64,000 nt of DNA from positions 1-64,000 of the forward strand of contig JAEOSZ010000006.1 in the NCBI GenBank assembly GCA_016840095.1, in the 5' to 3' direction. Origin of the DNA: Candidatus Heimdallarchaeota archaeon. GTDB taxonomy: Archaea; Asgardarchaeota; Heimdallarchaeia; Heimdallarchaeales; Heimdallarchaeaceae. The notes beneath the pieces were generated by a model. The model had not been told where the DNA came from, searched no databases, and saw nothing but the letters and a program-made list of their open reading frames with translations. Positions 37,745 through 47,661 of this stretch are shown here, piece by piece. How positions within the stretch are numbered: position 1 is the first letter of the stretch; every line of letters starts with the position of its first letter. The translations under genes were made by a program, and so were the position numbers.

Positions 37745-39595
37745 TTGGGTTCAATTAAACCAATGAATATCTGTGATTTTATGACTAATCAAATAATAAA
37801 ACTAGACAAGCTCACAATAAACAAAATAGCTGCAGGAGAAGTTATTGAACGTCCTGCATCTGTTGTTAAAGAACTTGTAGAGAATTCAATTGACGCTCAA
37901 AGTAGTAAAATTACAATTAATATTCAAGAGGGAGGAAAAAAACTTGCTGAAGTCATCGATGATGGAAGGGGGATGGTGCCTGATGATGCCAAGTTATCAA
38001 TTAACAGGTATACTACGAGCAAAATAAATAATGCAGATGATCTATTTTCAATTAACAGTTTGGGTTTTCGTGGAGAAGCACTAGCAAGTATTGTTAGCGT
38101 TGCTCAAGTTGAGATAATCACTAGAACAGAAGAATCAGAATTAGGAACTCACCTTATAATTGAAGGTGGAGAAGTAATTTCAGATAAACAGACATCTGCT
38201 CCAAAAGGAACTCGAATTAGTGTAAAAAATCTCTTCTACAATGTTCCAGTTAGAAGGAAGTTTCTGAAAACAATCTCAACAGAAATCAACCATATCACAG
38301 AATATGTTACTAGATTGGCACTTGCCTACCCAAGTATCTCCTTTACACTTACTCATAACGGTAAAAATATTCTTACGGCTCCTAAGGGTGATTTAATATC
38401 GCAGATTACAGCTATTTTTGGAGAAAAAATAGCAAAAGCTTGTTTACCAATAAACAAAAAAGAAAATGAATATGCTGTTACAGGTTTTATCACTAAACCA
38501 GAATTTTCTAGAAAATCTAAAGATTATATGTATATTTTTGTTAACAGGAGAGCAATAACTAACAAAATTATATCTGATGCTATCTTACGTGGATATGGAA
38601 CATCAATTCCTCAAACTAGATTTCCAATAATTTTCCTCTATTTTGACCTACCAGCAGATGAAGTCGATGTCAATGTACATCCAACAAAAAAGGAGATTAG
38701 GTTCAGCGATGAATCTAAAGTATATGCTTTGATAGAATCTGCATCCAAAGAAACCTTGGAAAAGAGTGGTTTAAAAATCTTCGAAACAGTTATTGAAACA
38801 AGGCATAAACCAACAACTCTTGCTTCTGTAGAATCAAAGAGATCTGGGTTTTTAAAAAGAGAAACATCAACCTCCCTAAGTTCAATGGACAAACCTGGTT
38901 TTATAATTACTAGAAGTAAAGAACAAAGAATAGATAAATTTCTACCTTCAAAAGATACAGCAGTAGAAACCAAAATTGAAAGTGTCAGTGCAAAGAAGAG
39001 TATTAGAGTATTAGGAATTATCAAAGATACTTATATTATTGCGGAAACTCAAGAAGGGTTATTTCTGTGTGATCAACATGCTGCTCACGAAAAAATTAAT
39101 TACGAAAAATATGTAAGGCAAATTAAAAAGAATAAGGTTTCCGTTCAGCAATTACTTGCACCTGTTTCGATTGGTCTTAAACCTTCAGAATTTGAAATGA
39201 TAGAGAGCATAAAAGAGAACCTCAAATCTTTTGGTTTTGACATAGAAATCTTTGGTAAAAATGAGATATTAATTAGATCTATTCCATCTATTATGGGAGT
39301 GTCAATAGAATTTGATACTGCAAAGGATATCATTGATATTTTCAAGGATAATGTTTCAGAAATAAAAGAAAAAATGGAACTAGAAGATTTAGAAGTTATA
39401 AGGGACATCATTTCACTTTTTGCATGCAGAAGATCAATAAAAGCTGGAGATAAAATCACTTTAGAAAGAGCCGAATTAATTCTGAAAGAATTATTGGGAT
39501 TGGAGGAACCATTTACTTGTCCTCACGGAAGACCCACCATTATTATTCTAAATGAAGAATACATAGAAGAGCTTTTTAAAAGAGATTATAGATAG
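37745..39595 (+). CDS. mutL: DNA mismatch repair endonuclease MutL
   Basis: IAAGEVIERPASVVKELVENS, GFRGEAL, DVNVHP.K, DQHAAHE.I.YE, ACR, CPHGRP. Confidence 0.97.
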   Translation: MGSIKPMNICDFMTNQIIKLDKLTINKIAAGEVIERPASVVKELVENSIDAQSSKITINIQEGGKKLAEVIDDGRGMVPDDAKLSINRYTTSKINNADDLFSINSLGFRGEALASIVSVAQVEIITRTEESELGTHLIIEGGEVISDKQTSAPKGTRISVKNLFYNVPVRRKFLKTISTEINHITEYVTRLALAYPSISFTLTHNGKNILTAPKGDLISQITAIFGEKIAKACLPINKKENEYAVTGFITKPEFSRKSKDYMYIFVNRRAITNKIISDAILRGYGTSIPQTRFPIIFLYFDLPADEVDVNVHPTKKEIRFSDESKVYALIESASKETLEKSGLKIFETVIETRHKPTTLASVESKRSGFLKRETSTSLSSMDKPGFIITRSKEQRIDKFLPSKDTAVETKIESVSAKKSIRVLGIIKDTYIIAETQEGLFLCDQHAAHEKINYEKYVRQIKKNKVSVQQLLAPVSIGLKPSEFEMIESIKENLKSFGFDIEIFGKNEILIRSIPSIMGVSIEFDTAKDIIDIFKDNVSEIKEKMELEDLEVIRDIISLFACRRSIKAGDKITLERAELILKELLGLEEPFTCPHGRPTIIILNEEYIEELFKRDYR

Positions 39596-39610
39596 GAGAA
39601 GTGGCAGATA

Positions 39611-39895
39611 ATGTTTGACAAAGCTAAAACCAAGGTTAAAGAATTCGTTGATAAAATTGATAGAGCAGCAGGAATTCAGCTCACAATGATTTTACTGATT
39701 GTAGTTGCATATGGAGTTTTCTTGTCTGTACAAAAATTTCTTTTTGGATTTGAAGGATTCGCCACAAAAATAATCAGTGTAAATGTTTTATTAGCTGTTG
39801 GTATTTCAATCGAAATTGGTTACTTTATCTGGCACACAAACAAACAAGGTAAAGAGAAAAAACCTGTTTCTGATGAAAAAATTTTCAATGAGTAA
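39611..39895 (+). CDS. small two-TM membrane protein
   Basis: Two hydrophobic segments; directly downstream of mutL. Confidence 0.65.
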   Translation: MFDKAKTKVKEFVDKIDRAAGIQLTMILLIVVAYGVFLSVQKFLFGFEGFATKIISVNVLLAVGISIEIGYFIWHTNKQGKEKKPVSDEKIFNE

Positions 39896-39921
39896 GGAAA
39901 TTTGAAGTGTTTTACTATTAA

Positions 39922-40323
39922 TTATTTTCTTTTTCTTCCATAGATTTCTTTGAGTTGTTGTTCAGTAAGCATTATGGGGATACTTTCTTTGATATCATAT
40001 TGATGATTCTCATCTTCTGGACAATATAGTTTCCCACTGATAATCTCAATTTGAAAGCATTTTTTGCAATCTTCCATTGTGACATTCTTCTTAATATCAT
40101 CCCCTAATTTTACTGTCTCTTCTCCACTATCGTTTATTTCAACTAGTTGAAATTGTTTATAATTACAATAAAAATTGCAAATAACCTCTGTTTGCTCATT
40201 TTTCATAGGAAGTTGTATTTCTTCTGATATCATTTCTTCCTCATTTATTTCTAATTTTAGAGGCCAAGATTTATCGATTGGACATGCTAGTAAATCCATT
40301 AATCTATGTTTCATTAAAGTCAC
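39922..40323 (-). CDS. Trm112 family methyltransferase activator (long form)
   Basis: MK..LMD.LACP.D...PL...EI..G.L.CP.....Y.I...IP.ML; likely start 40314. Confidence 0.85.
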   Translation of the reverse strand: MTLMKHRLMDLLACPIDKSWPLKLEINEEEMISEEIQLPMKNEQTEVICNFYCNYKQFQLVEINDSGEETVKLGDDIKKNVTMEDCKKCFQIEIISGKLYCPEDENHQYDIKESIPIMLTEQQLKEIYGRKRK

Positions 40324-40384
40324 TCTTTAACAATTTAATATGAATGTTTCTTTTAAGATTTTATTTCCAAATTACTATTTTTCT

Positions 40385-41116
40385 CTATTTTTGCATTATT
40401 TCAGTAATAAAATCATTATCCAGTTTCTCATAACGTTCTATTGACCCAATATCTTCCCAGTAAACATCTTCAGGAACATAAGCAGACATTTGTTCTTTTT
40501 CTGCAAATTGAGGAAAGATATCCTTTGATAAATCAATGCTTGTATTTGAATCAAACTCATTCAAATAGTTAAAAACAATTGGTTCTAAAATGCTAATTCC
40601 AGTATTAACCAATAATGGTAACTCAGGTTTCTCTATAAATTTAGTAACATTATTCTCTTGATCAACTTCAGCTGTTCCTACTCGTATTTTCCAACCTTTA
40701 GATGCAAAAATAGTTGCCCATTTTCCATGGTTATTGTGTGAGGTCAACATTTCTGTGAAGTTAACATTTGTTATTATATCTGAATAGTAGATTATCATTC
40801 TTCTTTTGTTTATGACCTCTTGAGCATTAAGCAATGCTGTACCTGTTCCAACAGGTCCAGGTTTGTCAGGAATATAAGTTAAATTCACCCCCAATTTCTC
40901 TCCATCTCCAAAATAGCCTTGTATCTGTTCTTTTTTGTAGTTCACAAGAAGGATGATATCACTCACACCGTGTTTTTTGAAATGTCTTAATACATATTCT
41001 AGAATAGGTACCTGATCTAACCCAATCGGCATCATTACTTTCTGCATGTAATAAGTTAAAGGTCTCATTCGAGTACCTTCTCCCCCACAGAAAAGAATTC
41101 CAACTGTATCTGTCAT
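40385..41116 (-). CDS. sugar-phosphate nucleotidyltransferase family protein
   Basis: GG.GTR.RPLT....K, GT..AL, F.EKP, W.DIG. Confidence 0.9.
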   Translation of the reverse strand: MTDTVGILFCGGEGTRMRPLTYYMQKVMMPIGLDQVPILEYVLRHFKKHGVSDIILLVNYKKEQIQGYFGDGEKLGVNLTYIPDKPGPVGTGTALLNAQEVINKRRMIIYYSDIITNVNFTEMLTSHNNHGKWATIFASKGWKIRVGTAEVDQENNVTKFIEKPELPLLVNTGISILEPIVFNYLNEFDSNTSIDLSKDIFPQFAEKEQMSAYVPEDVYWEDIGSIERYEKLDNDFITEIMQK

Positions 41117-41246
41117 CTTAATGAAAGAGAAATAAGTTATTGATATTTGTTGTGCACTTTTGTAAGCGAAAGAACTATGTTTGTTTTGAAAATCGCTTTT
41201 TCAGCTTAAGAAATTCTTATTAACATAGAAAACGTGTATACAAATC

Positions 41247-41900
41247 ATGGATACAGTCAAAACATCTACACTGGATGAAATTGCACTTAAGCTTAGAGAA
41301 CACATCGATATGTCTTACTGGGCAGGAAGAGGTAATAGACAATCATTTAGAGAAGATGTCAAGAAACTTGTTGCAGAGGAAAAACTAACAAAAGATGAAT
41401 ATAATTATCTACTTAAGAACGAAAGAAGGGTTCTAGTCAAAACTCAACTTATTCATTTAATTCCAGAGTTACAATCACAGGAAGTTTTTGAAAATACATT
41501 AAAACACCTCTCCAATGTTGTATTTGGAAAAAAATACAAGGAAGCTGAAACAAAGAAAGGAGCATTAGAAAACGATATTATTAGGCAAATAGCTCAGCAC
41601 CTAAACGCAACTTTACATCCTCAGATATCAACTGTAAATGACGGATTTGGTTTGATTAAGCATCTTATTAATGAGAGTCCAGACATCTCTCAAGAACTTC
41701 TTAAAATTTCTAATCAACTAATTGAGATTAGAGATGCCCTCTTAGAAAAAGGTCATAGTCCAATGTTGCTTCGTGAAATTGAACAACTTTCTACAAAACT
41801 AGTCTTTGCTTCTAAAAGCACTAATCCCGATGATATTCCAAGCAAAGAAGAAATTTTGAGTATGTTAAATGAAATCCAAATAAGCTCTGGAGTTGAGTAA
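41247..41900 (+). CDS. hypothetical helical protein
   Basis: 217-aa ATG ORF; no motif recognised. Confidence 0.7.
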   Translation: MDTVKTSTLDEIALKLREHIDMSYWAGRGNRQSFREDVKKLVAEEKLTKDEYNYLLKNERRVLVKTQLIHLIPELQSQEVFENTLKHLSNVVFGKKYKEAETKKGALENDIIRQIAQHLNATLHPQISTVNDGFGLIKHLINESPDISQELLKISNQLIEIRDALLEKGHSPMLLREIEQLSTKLVFASKSTNPDDIPSKEEILSMLNEIQISSGVE

Positions 41901-41995
41901 AAACCTTACTTAATTCTTCTAATTTTATTCAGAATACACTACTTTGTTATAGTAATAATTTTAAATCGAAGGTTAGTTTCATTCTATAAGCCATT

Positions 41996-43177
41996 TTGGA
42001 GAGAAAAAAATTGAATTCCTATAAGATTATTGCTTCAGAATCAGTAACAGAAGGCCATCCTGATAAAATATGTGATCAAATTTCAGATGCAATTTTAGAT
42101 GCTATTTTAAGTGAAGATCCTAATGCACATGTCGCCTGTGAATGTTTTGTAACTACAGGATTAGTGTTAATTGGAGGAGAAATCACAACAACTAAACCTA
42201 TCATTATGGACTACGAGAAGGTTGTTAGAGATGTAATCAAAGAAATAGGCTATAATGATTCAAGAATAGGTTTTGATTACAGAGGTTGTGCAATTATTAA
42301 CATTATTCACTCACAATCGCCTGATATTGCTCAGGGAGTTAGAAGGAATGAAATTGAGGAACAAGGTGCTGGAGACCAAGGAATTATGTATGGTTATGCT
42401 ACTAATGAAACACCTGAATTCATGCCTTTACCAATTGTTTTAGCCCATAAGTTAACACAAAAACTAACTGAAGTTAGGAAAAAGAAGATCTTACCTTTCT
42501 TAAGACCTGATGGAAAATCCTTAGTAGCAGTAGAGTATGAAAATGACATTCCATTCAGGATCGAAGCTGTTGTGATTGCAGCTCAACATACAGAAAAAGC
42601 CACTAATGAAGAGATAAGTGAGGGAATAAAGAAAGAAGTAATTGATAAAATAATCCCTCAAGATTTTATTGATGATAGAACAAAAATTTTCATAAATAGA
42701 ACTGGTCGTTTTGTAACTGGAGGTCCTCATGGTGATGCAGGATTAACTGGGAGAAAGATTATTGTAGATACCTATGGGGGAGTAGATTCTCATGGAGGAG
42801 GAGCTTTTTCAGGAAAAGATCCTTCTAAAGTAGATAGATCTGCTTCATATGCAGCTAGATATACTGCTAAGAATGTTGTAGCAGCAGAATTAGCAGATAA
42901 GTGTGAAATACAAGTAGCCTATGCAATAGGTGAACCAGAACCATTAGCTGTTAATATCGAGTGTTTTGGAACCGAGAAGGTAGACATTAAAATTCTTAGA
43001 AAAGCTGTTTTGAAGGTTTTTGATTTCAAACCTGGAATAATAATAGACCATCTCAAACTAAAAAGACCGATATACAAAAAAACATCTTGTTACGGTCATT
43101 TTGGAAGAAATTTACCAGAATTCACTTGGGAAAAAACTGATAAGATTGAAGAATTGAAAAAAGAAGTAAGTCTTTAA
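41996..43177 (+). CDS. metK: S-adenosylmethionine synthetase, bacterial/eukaryotic type
   Basis: [46 protein letters not shown]. Confidence 0.97.
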   Translation: MERKKLNSYKIIASESVTEGHPDKICDQISDAILDAILSEDPNAHVACECFVTTGLVLIGGEITTTKPIIMDYEKVVRDVIKEIGYNDSRIGFDYRGCAIINIIHSQSPDIAQGVRRNEIEEQGAGDQGIMYGYATNETPEFMPLPIVLAHKLTQKLTEVRKKKILPFLRPDGKSLVAVEYENDIPFRIEAVVIAAQHTEKATNEEISEGIKKEVIDKIIPQDFIDDRTKIFINRTGRFVTGGPHGDAGLTGRKIIVDTYGGVDSHGGGAFSGKDPSKVDRSASYAARYTAKNVVAAELADKCEIQVAYAIGEPEPLAVNIECFGTEKVDIKILRKAVLKVFDFKPGIIIDHLKLKRPIYKKTSCYGHFGRNLPEFTWEKTDKIEELKKEVSL

Positions 43178-43234
43178 AATTCATTCATTTCTTCTTTTTC
43201 GATTCAAAAACCTTTTTTTATTCTTTTACTTCTG

Positions 43235-43909
43235 TTGTTCGAAAGCATGAAAAATAGTACAAGTTCCAGTGTTGAAAAAACAGTTCGAAAAATTCTTACT
43301 GAAGAAAAACCTAAAACAGTAAGAAAACTTATTCAAAGGACACTAGAGCTTACAAAAGCAGAAGAAAAGCAAATCTATCAGATTATAAGAGATTTGGAAA
43401 GTAAAGAGGTAATCCAGCTTGGGGCACCAAAAATTACCAGAAAGTTACCTAAATCTATTTCTGAGTATTTATTTAAAATGAATTATTTTTCTATTGAATT
43501 TTGGATCATTATAGGTTTCTGTGCCTCTTTCTTTCTTACAGTTCTATTAATTCCAGAAACCTCCCCAGTTCTTTTTATTAGAACTATATTTGGGGGTTTA
43601 TTCGGTATCTTGATACCAGGATGGGTAATAACTAGTTTCGTTTTTCCTAGATTAAATGAAGCAATTGATCAATATGAACGGATTTTGTATTCATTAGGAA
43701 TAAATGTTGGTATTCTGATTTTCTCAGGATTAATACTAAATCAAATTTGGGTAATAGAAACTCTTTCATTTGTCATAATTATAGGCTCGTTTACACTTTT
43801 TGCATTATTTTCAACTGTTTTTCTGAGGTTATTAATCAGCTCTGGAAAATTAACTTTTGATTTTTCGCAATCTAGAATAAACATATTCAGAAAGGGTGAT
43901 AAAAAATGA
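43235..43909 (+). CDS. membrane protein: wHTH-like N-terminus plus DUF1616-like TM region
   Basis: R..FG......PG......FP.....D..ER..YS.G; four TM segments. Confidence 0.65.
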   Translation: MFESMKNSTSSSVEKTVRKILTEEKPKTVRKLIQRTLELTKAEEKQIYQIIRDLESKEVIQLGAPKITRKLPKSISEYLFKMNYFSIEFWIIIGFCASFFLTVLLIPETSPVLFIRTIFGGLFGILIPGWVITSFVFPRLNEAIDQYERILYSLGINVGILIFSGLILNQIWVIETLSFVIIIGSFTLFALFSTVFLRLLISSGKLTFDFSQSRINIFRKGDKK

Positions 43910-44430
43910 GGAAATATCGAAAAGCCATTCTGATTTTGTGGATTTTTGGTTTCACAATTATTATGTGTAATCAAGTTTGGATTGCTCAAAGTCAAACTGA
44001 ACAGCAAGCGTCTGCAGCAATTCAAGAAGCTGAAAATAAACTTATTTATGCTTTAGAATTACTTGAAGATTTTCCAAACTATGATGTTGATTCACGCAAC
44101 ATTATAATGCAAATTGATACTGCACGACAATTAATCAAAGAAGCTAAAGATAATTTTGATAGTAGTAATTTTACAGTTTCTTATCAGAAAGCTACTACAG
44201 CATCATTAGAGCTTGATACAATAATCGAAGAAATTCAGAATAAAACACAAACCCAAAGCCGAAATAAGACAATTATTTTTTCATTTGTGGGTGTGGTATC
44301 TGGTTTTGCAGCAATTTTGTTTGGTTTCTTCTTCATAAACAAAATATATCCTTGGTTCGAAAAGAAGAAAATCGAGGAATATGGGAAGCTTGAGATTAAG
44401 TATGACAATTCAAGAGGTGATTCAAAATGA
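43906..44430 (+). CDS. secreted helical protein with C-terminal TM
   Basis: Signal peptide, Ala-rich helical ectodomain, TM then charged tail; ATGA overlaps with neighbours. Confidence 0.7.
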   Translation: MRKYRKAILILWIFGFTIIMCNQVWIAQSQTEQQASAAIQEAENKLIYALELLEDFPNYDVDSRNIIMQIDTARQLIKEAKDNFDSSNFTVSYQKATTASLELDTIIEEIQNKTQTQSRNKTIIFSFVGVVSGFAAILFGFFFINKIYPWFEKKKIEEYGKLEIKYDNSRGDSK

Positions 44431-45062
44431 CGAAGGAAAATAGAAAATTGATTAAGAAAATCAATTCAAAACTCTCTCAACGTCAAGTAAATAGACTAAT
44501 CACTCTATCAATAATCTTAGTGATTGTTGCATCTACACTTGGAATATCTTCCAGTATTTTCTTACACAAAACCACTGATGGATACTCTGAATTATCTCTT
44601 CTTATGTATGATAGTTTTTCAGAAACTTATGTGGCAGACAATTATCCTGAACAAATCTATTCTGATTCAAATGTTTCAGTTTATTTTATAGTCAAGAATT
44701 ATGAGAATGTTGTAATATATTACCAATTGCAAATAAAAATAGTAGAACTTACACAAAATGTTAGTTCACTGCAACCAATCCTTACATCTTCATCATTTAT
44801 TCTGTATGAAAACAATACTTTTGAAAAGATTATTTCTCCAGCTACAAACGCAGAAAAGAAAGAAACAGAATCCTTTGATGGAGATTTCTTATGGGGTCCA
44901 ACCGAAATCATCTTGTTCATAAATTCTGAAGTTGTTAGTGGAATAGTGAGTCCCAATTTCCTCAAGATAGTTTTTGAACTCTGGGAATACAATACTAAAA
45001 CAAGTGAGTTCCAATATACTGGAATATTCACCTTTCTTGAATTGGATTACTGGGTGTTTTAA
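44427..45062 (+). CDS. membrane-anchored protein resembling the DUF1616 extracellular domain
   Basis: N-terminal TM; YSEL.LL, NYP, V.N.E....Y, FELW.Y. Confidence 0.6.
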   Translation: MTKENRKLIKKINSKLSQRQVNRLITLSIILVIVASTLGISSSIFLHKTTDGYSELSLLMYDSFSETYVADNYPEQIYSDSNVSVYFIVKNYENVVIYYQLQIKIVELTQNVSSLQPILTSSSFILYENNTFEKIISPATNAEKKETESFDGDFLWGPTEIILFINSEVVSGIVSPNFLKIVFELWEYNTKTSEFQYTGIFTFLELDYWVF

Positions 45063-45709
45063 TGGTAAGAATACTAATTTTATCTGATATCCATAGTCAA
45101 AACATTACATTAATCAACATCCTTCAATTTGTTGAAAAACTCAAAGATCCACCAGAATTTTGCTTAGTTGCTGGAGATATAACCAATTTTGGAACTACTG
45201 ATGAGCTTAATAAAATTCTGAGAATAATTACTGATAGCTTAAGCAAAGTATTTTTCGTGCTTGGAAATTGTGATCCCTATATCATAAGAGAAGAACTTGA
45301 GACAAATGCAATCCATTTAGAATCTAATGTTCAGGAGATTGAGTTTTTCAAAGTTGTAGGTTTTGGAACTCATAAACCAAAATTAAATCAAAAAATACTA
45401 AATAAATTAAGAAAGTCAAATGAAAACGTTTGTTTACTTACACATGCTCCCCCATATAATACTCAAGCAGATATGGTATCGCTTAACAGACATGCTGGAT
45501 CTATTGATTTAAGAAAATTTATTGAGAAGAATTCTCACATATTTTTAGTAGTATCAGGTCACATTCACGATTCACCATCCATTACTAGCTTGAATAATTG
45601 TGCTATAGTTAATCCAGGCCCAGTAACTAGGGGTAACTTCGCAATCATAGAGATTAACCAAGATTTTCAAGTGGAAGGAGAGATATACAATTTACATGAG
45701 ATGAAATAA
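45062..45709 (+). CDS. calcineurin-like metallophosphoesterase
   Basis: SDIH, GD, GNCD, TH.PP, GHIH, NPG. Confidence 0.92.
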   Translation: MVRILILSDIHSQNITLINILQFVEKLKDPPEFCLVAGDITNFGTTDELNKILRIITDSLSKVFFVLGNCDPYIIREELETNAIHLESNVQEIEFFKVVGFGTHKPKLNQKILNKLRKSNENVCLLTHAPPYNTQADMVSLNRHAGSIDLRKFIEKNSHIFLVVSGHIHDSPSITSLNNCAIVNPGPVTRGNFAIIEINQDFQVEGEIYNLHEMK

Positions 45710-45711
45710 AG

Positions 45712-46374
45712 ATGATTGAAGAAAATTATAAGCTCAAGCATTTAACTGATTTAACTGAATTGAAGGAGGTATTTCAAAAAGCTCACGATTATGTAAGGGG
45801 GCAATTTAAACTTCATGAAGACAAGAAATCGCATTCATTTGATCACATAATTCGAGTAACAAATACCTGTTTGAAATTATCTCAAAAACTTGAAGCACAC
45901 GTGGATATACTCCTTCTTGCAGCAATTTTTCATGATGTAGGGAGACCTGTTGAAGAACTTAATGGAAGATGTCATGCTGAAGTAAGTGCAGAACTAGCTC
46001 GTGGATTTCTGGAAAAATTACATCTTTCTAAGTTGATAAATGAAGTAAATGAAGCAATACTTTCTCACAGATTCAGTAAAAAGATAGCTCCAAAAACTGT
46101 AGAAGCAAAAATATTACAAGACGCAGACGCACTAGATGCTCTTGGTGCAATAGGCCTCTATAGAACAATTAGTTTTAGTTGTGAGAGAGGACTTGATATG
46201 CAAGAAGCATTGGTTCATTTTGATGAAAAACTCTTCAAACTACCCTCAAGGATGCATTTTTCAATAACAAAGCAGATTGCTGAGGACAAATGTACAATTC
46301 TTAGAGATTTTGTAAGAAAAACTGAACAAGAATTAAACAATTCTCATTTCAACGCATTTATTACTTCATTATAG
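45712..46374 (+). CDS. HD-domain phosphohydrolase
   Basis: H...H..RV, AA.FHD, HA..SA, H, QDAD.LDA.GA.G. Confidence 0.92.
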   Translation: MIEENYKLKHLTDLTELKEVFQKAHDYVRGQFKLHEDKKSHSFDHIIRVTNTCLKLSQKLEAHVDILLLAAIFHDVGRPVEELNGRCHAEVSAELARGFLEKLHLSKLINEVNEAILSHRFSKKIAPKTVEAKILQDADALDALGAIGLYRTISFSCERGLDMQEALVHFDEKLFKLPSRMHFSITKQIAEDKCTILRDFVRKTEQELNNSHFNAFITSL

Positions 46375-46470
46375 TAAAAAATATTGAAGAAAGAATAAGG
46401 GTTCAAAGAAGAATTTTAAATATAGCTAACTTCATAGATTCTACTTGGATAAGACTCTAACGGTGAACTT

Positions 46471-47169
46471 ATGGCAACTATCGAAAACGGAAATATGGTA
46501 AACATCAACTATACTGGAAGAACAAAAGAAGATAACAAAGTATTTGATACCACATTCGAAAATATCGCGAAAAAAGAAGATGTTTTTGATGAAAAGGTAA
46601 TCTATAGACCTTTTACACTGATAATTGGAAAAAATTGGTTACCAGCTGGTCTAGAAGAAGAACTGGTAGGGATGAAGGAAGGACAGAAAAAAACAATAGA
46701 AGTTGAAGCTAAGAAGGGATTTGGTCTAAGGGACAGATCACAAATCAGGTTAATTCAAAGAAGAGAGTTTCAAAGACACCAAATTAAGCCAAAGGAAGAT
46801 ATGAAGGTTGAGATTGGTGGTCAAACCGGTCGTATCCTAAAGGTTTCAAGTAGTAGAGTGAAAGTTGATTTTAATCACGATCTTGCAGGAATGGACTTAA
46901 TTTATGAAGTTGAGATAGTTAAAAAGATCACAGATGTAAAAGAACAGTTCATTTGCCTACTTGAGAAGAGGTTGCCAGGAGTTGATTTTTCAACAACTAA
47001 AATCGAAATTAAGGGGAAAATCATCGAAGTAGAATTACCAAAAGCTACTAGGTTCATGGAATATATACAGTTTACCAGAAATGGTGTTACTAGAGATTTG
47101 GGTGAAATAAGTACTAAATATGATAAAATCTCATTTATAGAACACTATGATATCGAGAAGAAGAAATAA
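46471..47169 (+). CDS. FKBP-type peptidyl-prolyl isomerase (long archaeal SlyD-like)
   Basis: Y.G......FDTT, GLEE.L.GM, FG.R, VDFNH.LAG..L. Confidence 0.92.
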   Translation: MATIENGNMVNINYTGRTKEDNKVFDTTFENIAKKEDVFDEKVIYRPFTLIIGKNWLPAGLEEELVGMKEGQKKTIEVEAKKGFGLRDRSQIRLIQRREFQRHQIKPKEDMKVEIGGQTGRILKVSSSRVKVDFNHDLAGMDLIYEVEIVKKITDVKEQFICLLEKRLPGVDFSTTKIEIKGKIIEVELPKATRFMEYIQFTRNGVTRDLGEISTKYDKISFIEHYDIEKKK

Positions 47170-47175
47170 TAGTCT

Positions 47176-47631
47176 TCATTGTTCAATTTTATTCGCTTCA
47201 ACTAGAACTAAATTATATCCAAGAGGACATTTGATATCTCTTTTTTTCTCAATAATTTTGATTTTAGAAGTCTGCATATACTTTAATGAAACGCAATAGT
47301 CGTAATTTTCACAAAGGACTTCATTACACTCAATTGGGTTTCTAGTGAGGATTAAATTTTCAAGGTATTTTTGATTTTCAACTGCCACTGTATCGTTTAT
47401 TTTCTTTACTTCACAAACAACCATAACGCCGTTATCAATTAAACAAGGATGCTCTTTACCTCTAACTTCAACAATTTCATATGAAGAACCTAATTCAAGC
47501 TGTTGAATACAAACTTGAATATATTGACATTTTTTGCATGTTTGGGTTCCTCCTTGATGAGAAAACTTGTAACCTACTTTAGCTACATCCTTAGGTATAA
47601 ATGAAAGTGTCATTTCGGAGTAGATTAACAA
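47176..47631 (-). CDS. UPF0179 family protein
   Basis: A..G..F, C..C....C, Y....VR...H.C, C....C..Y..C, CP.G; likely start 47613. Confidence 0.8.
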   Translation of the reverse strand: MLIYSEMTLSFIPKDVAKVGYKFSHQGGTQTCKKCQYIQVCIQQLELGSSYEIVEVRGKEHPCLIDNGVMVVCEVKKINDTVAVENQKYLENLILTRNPIECNEVLCENYDYCVSLKYMQTSKIKIIEKKRDIKCPLGYNLVLVEANKIEQ

Positions 47632-47661
47632 AATATATTCTTTAAGATTCGCAAAGGTGCG

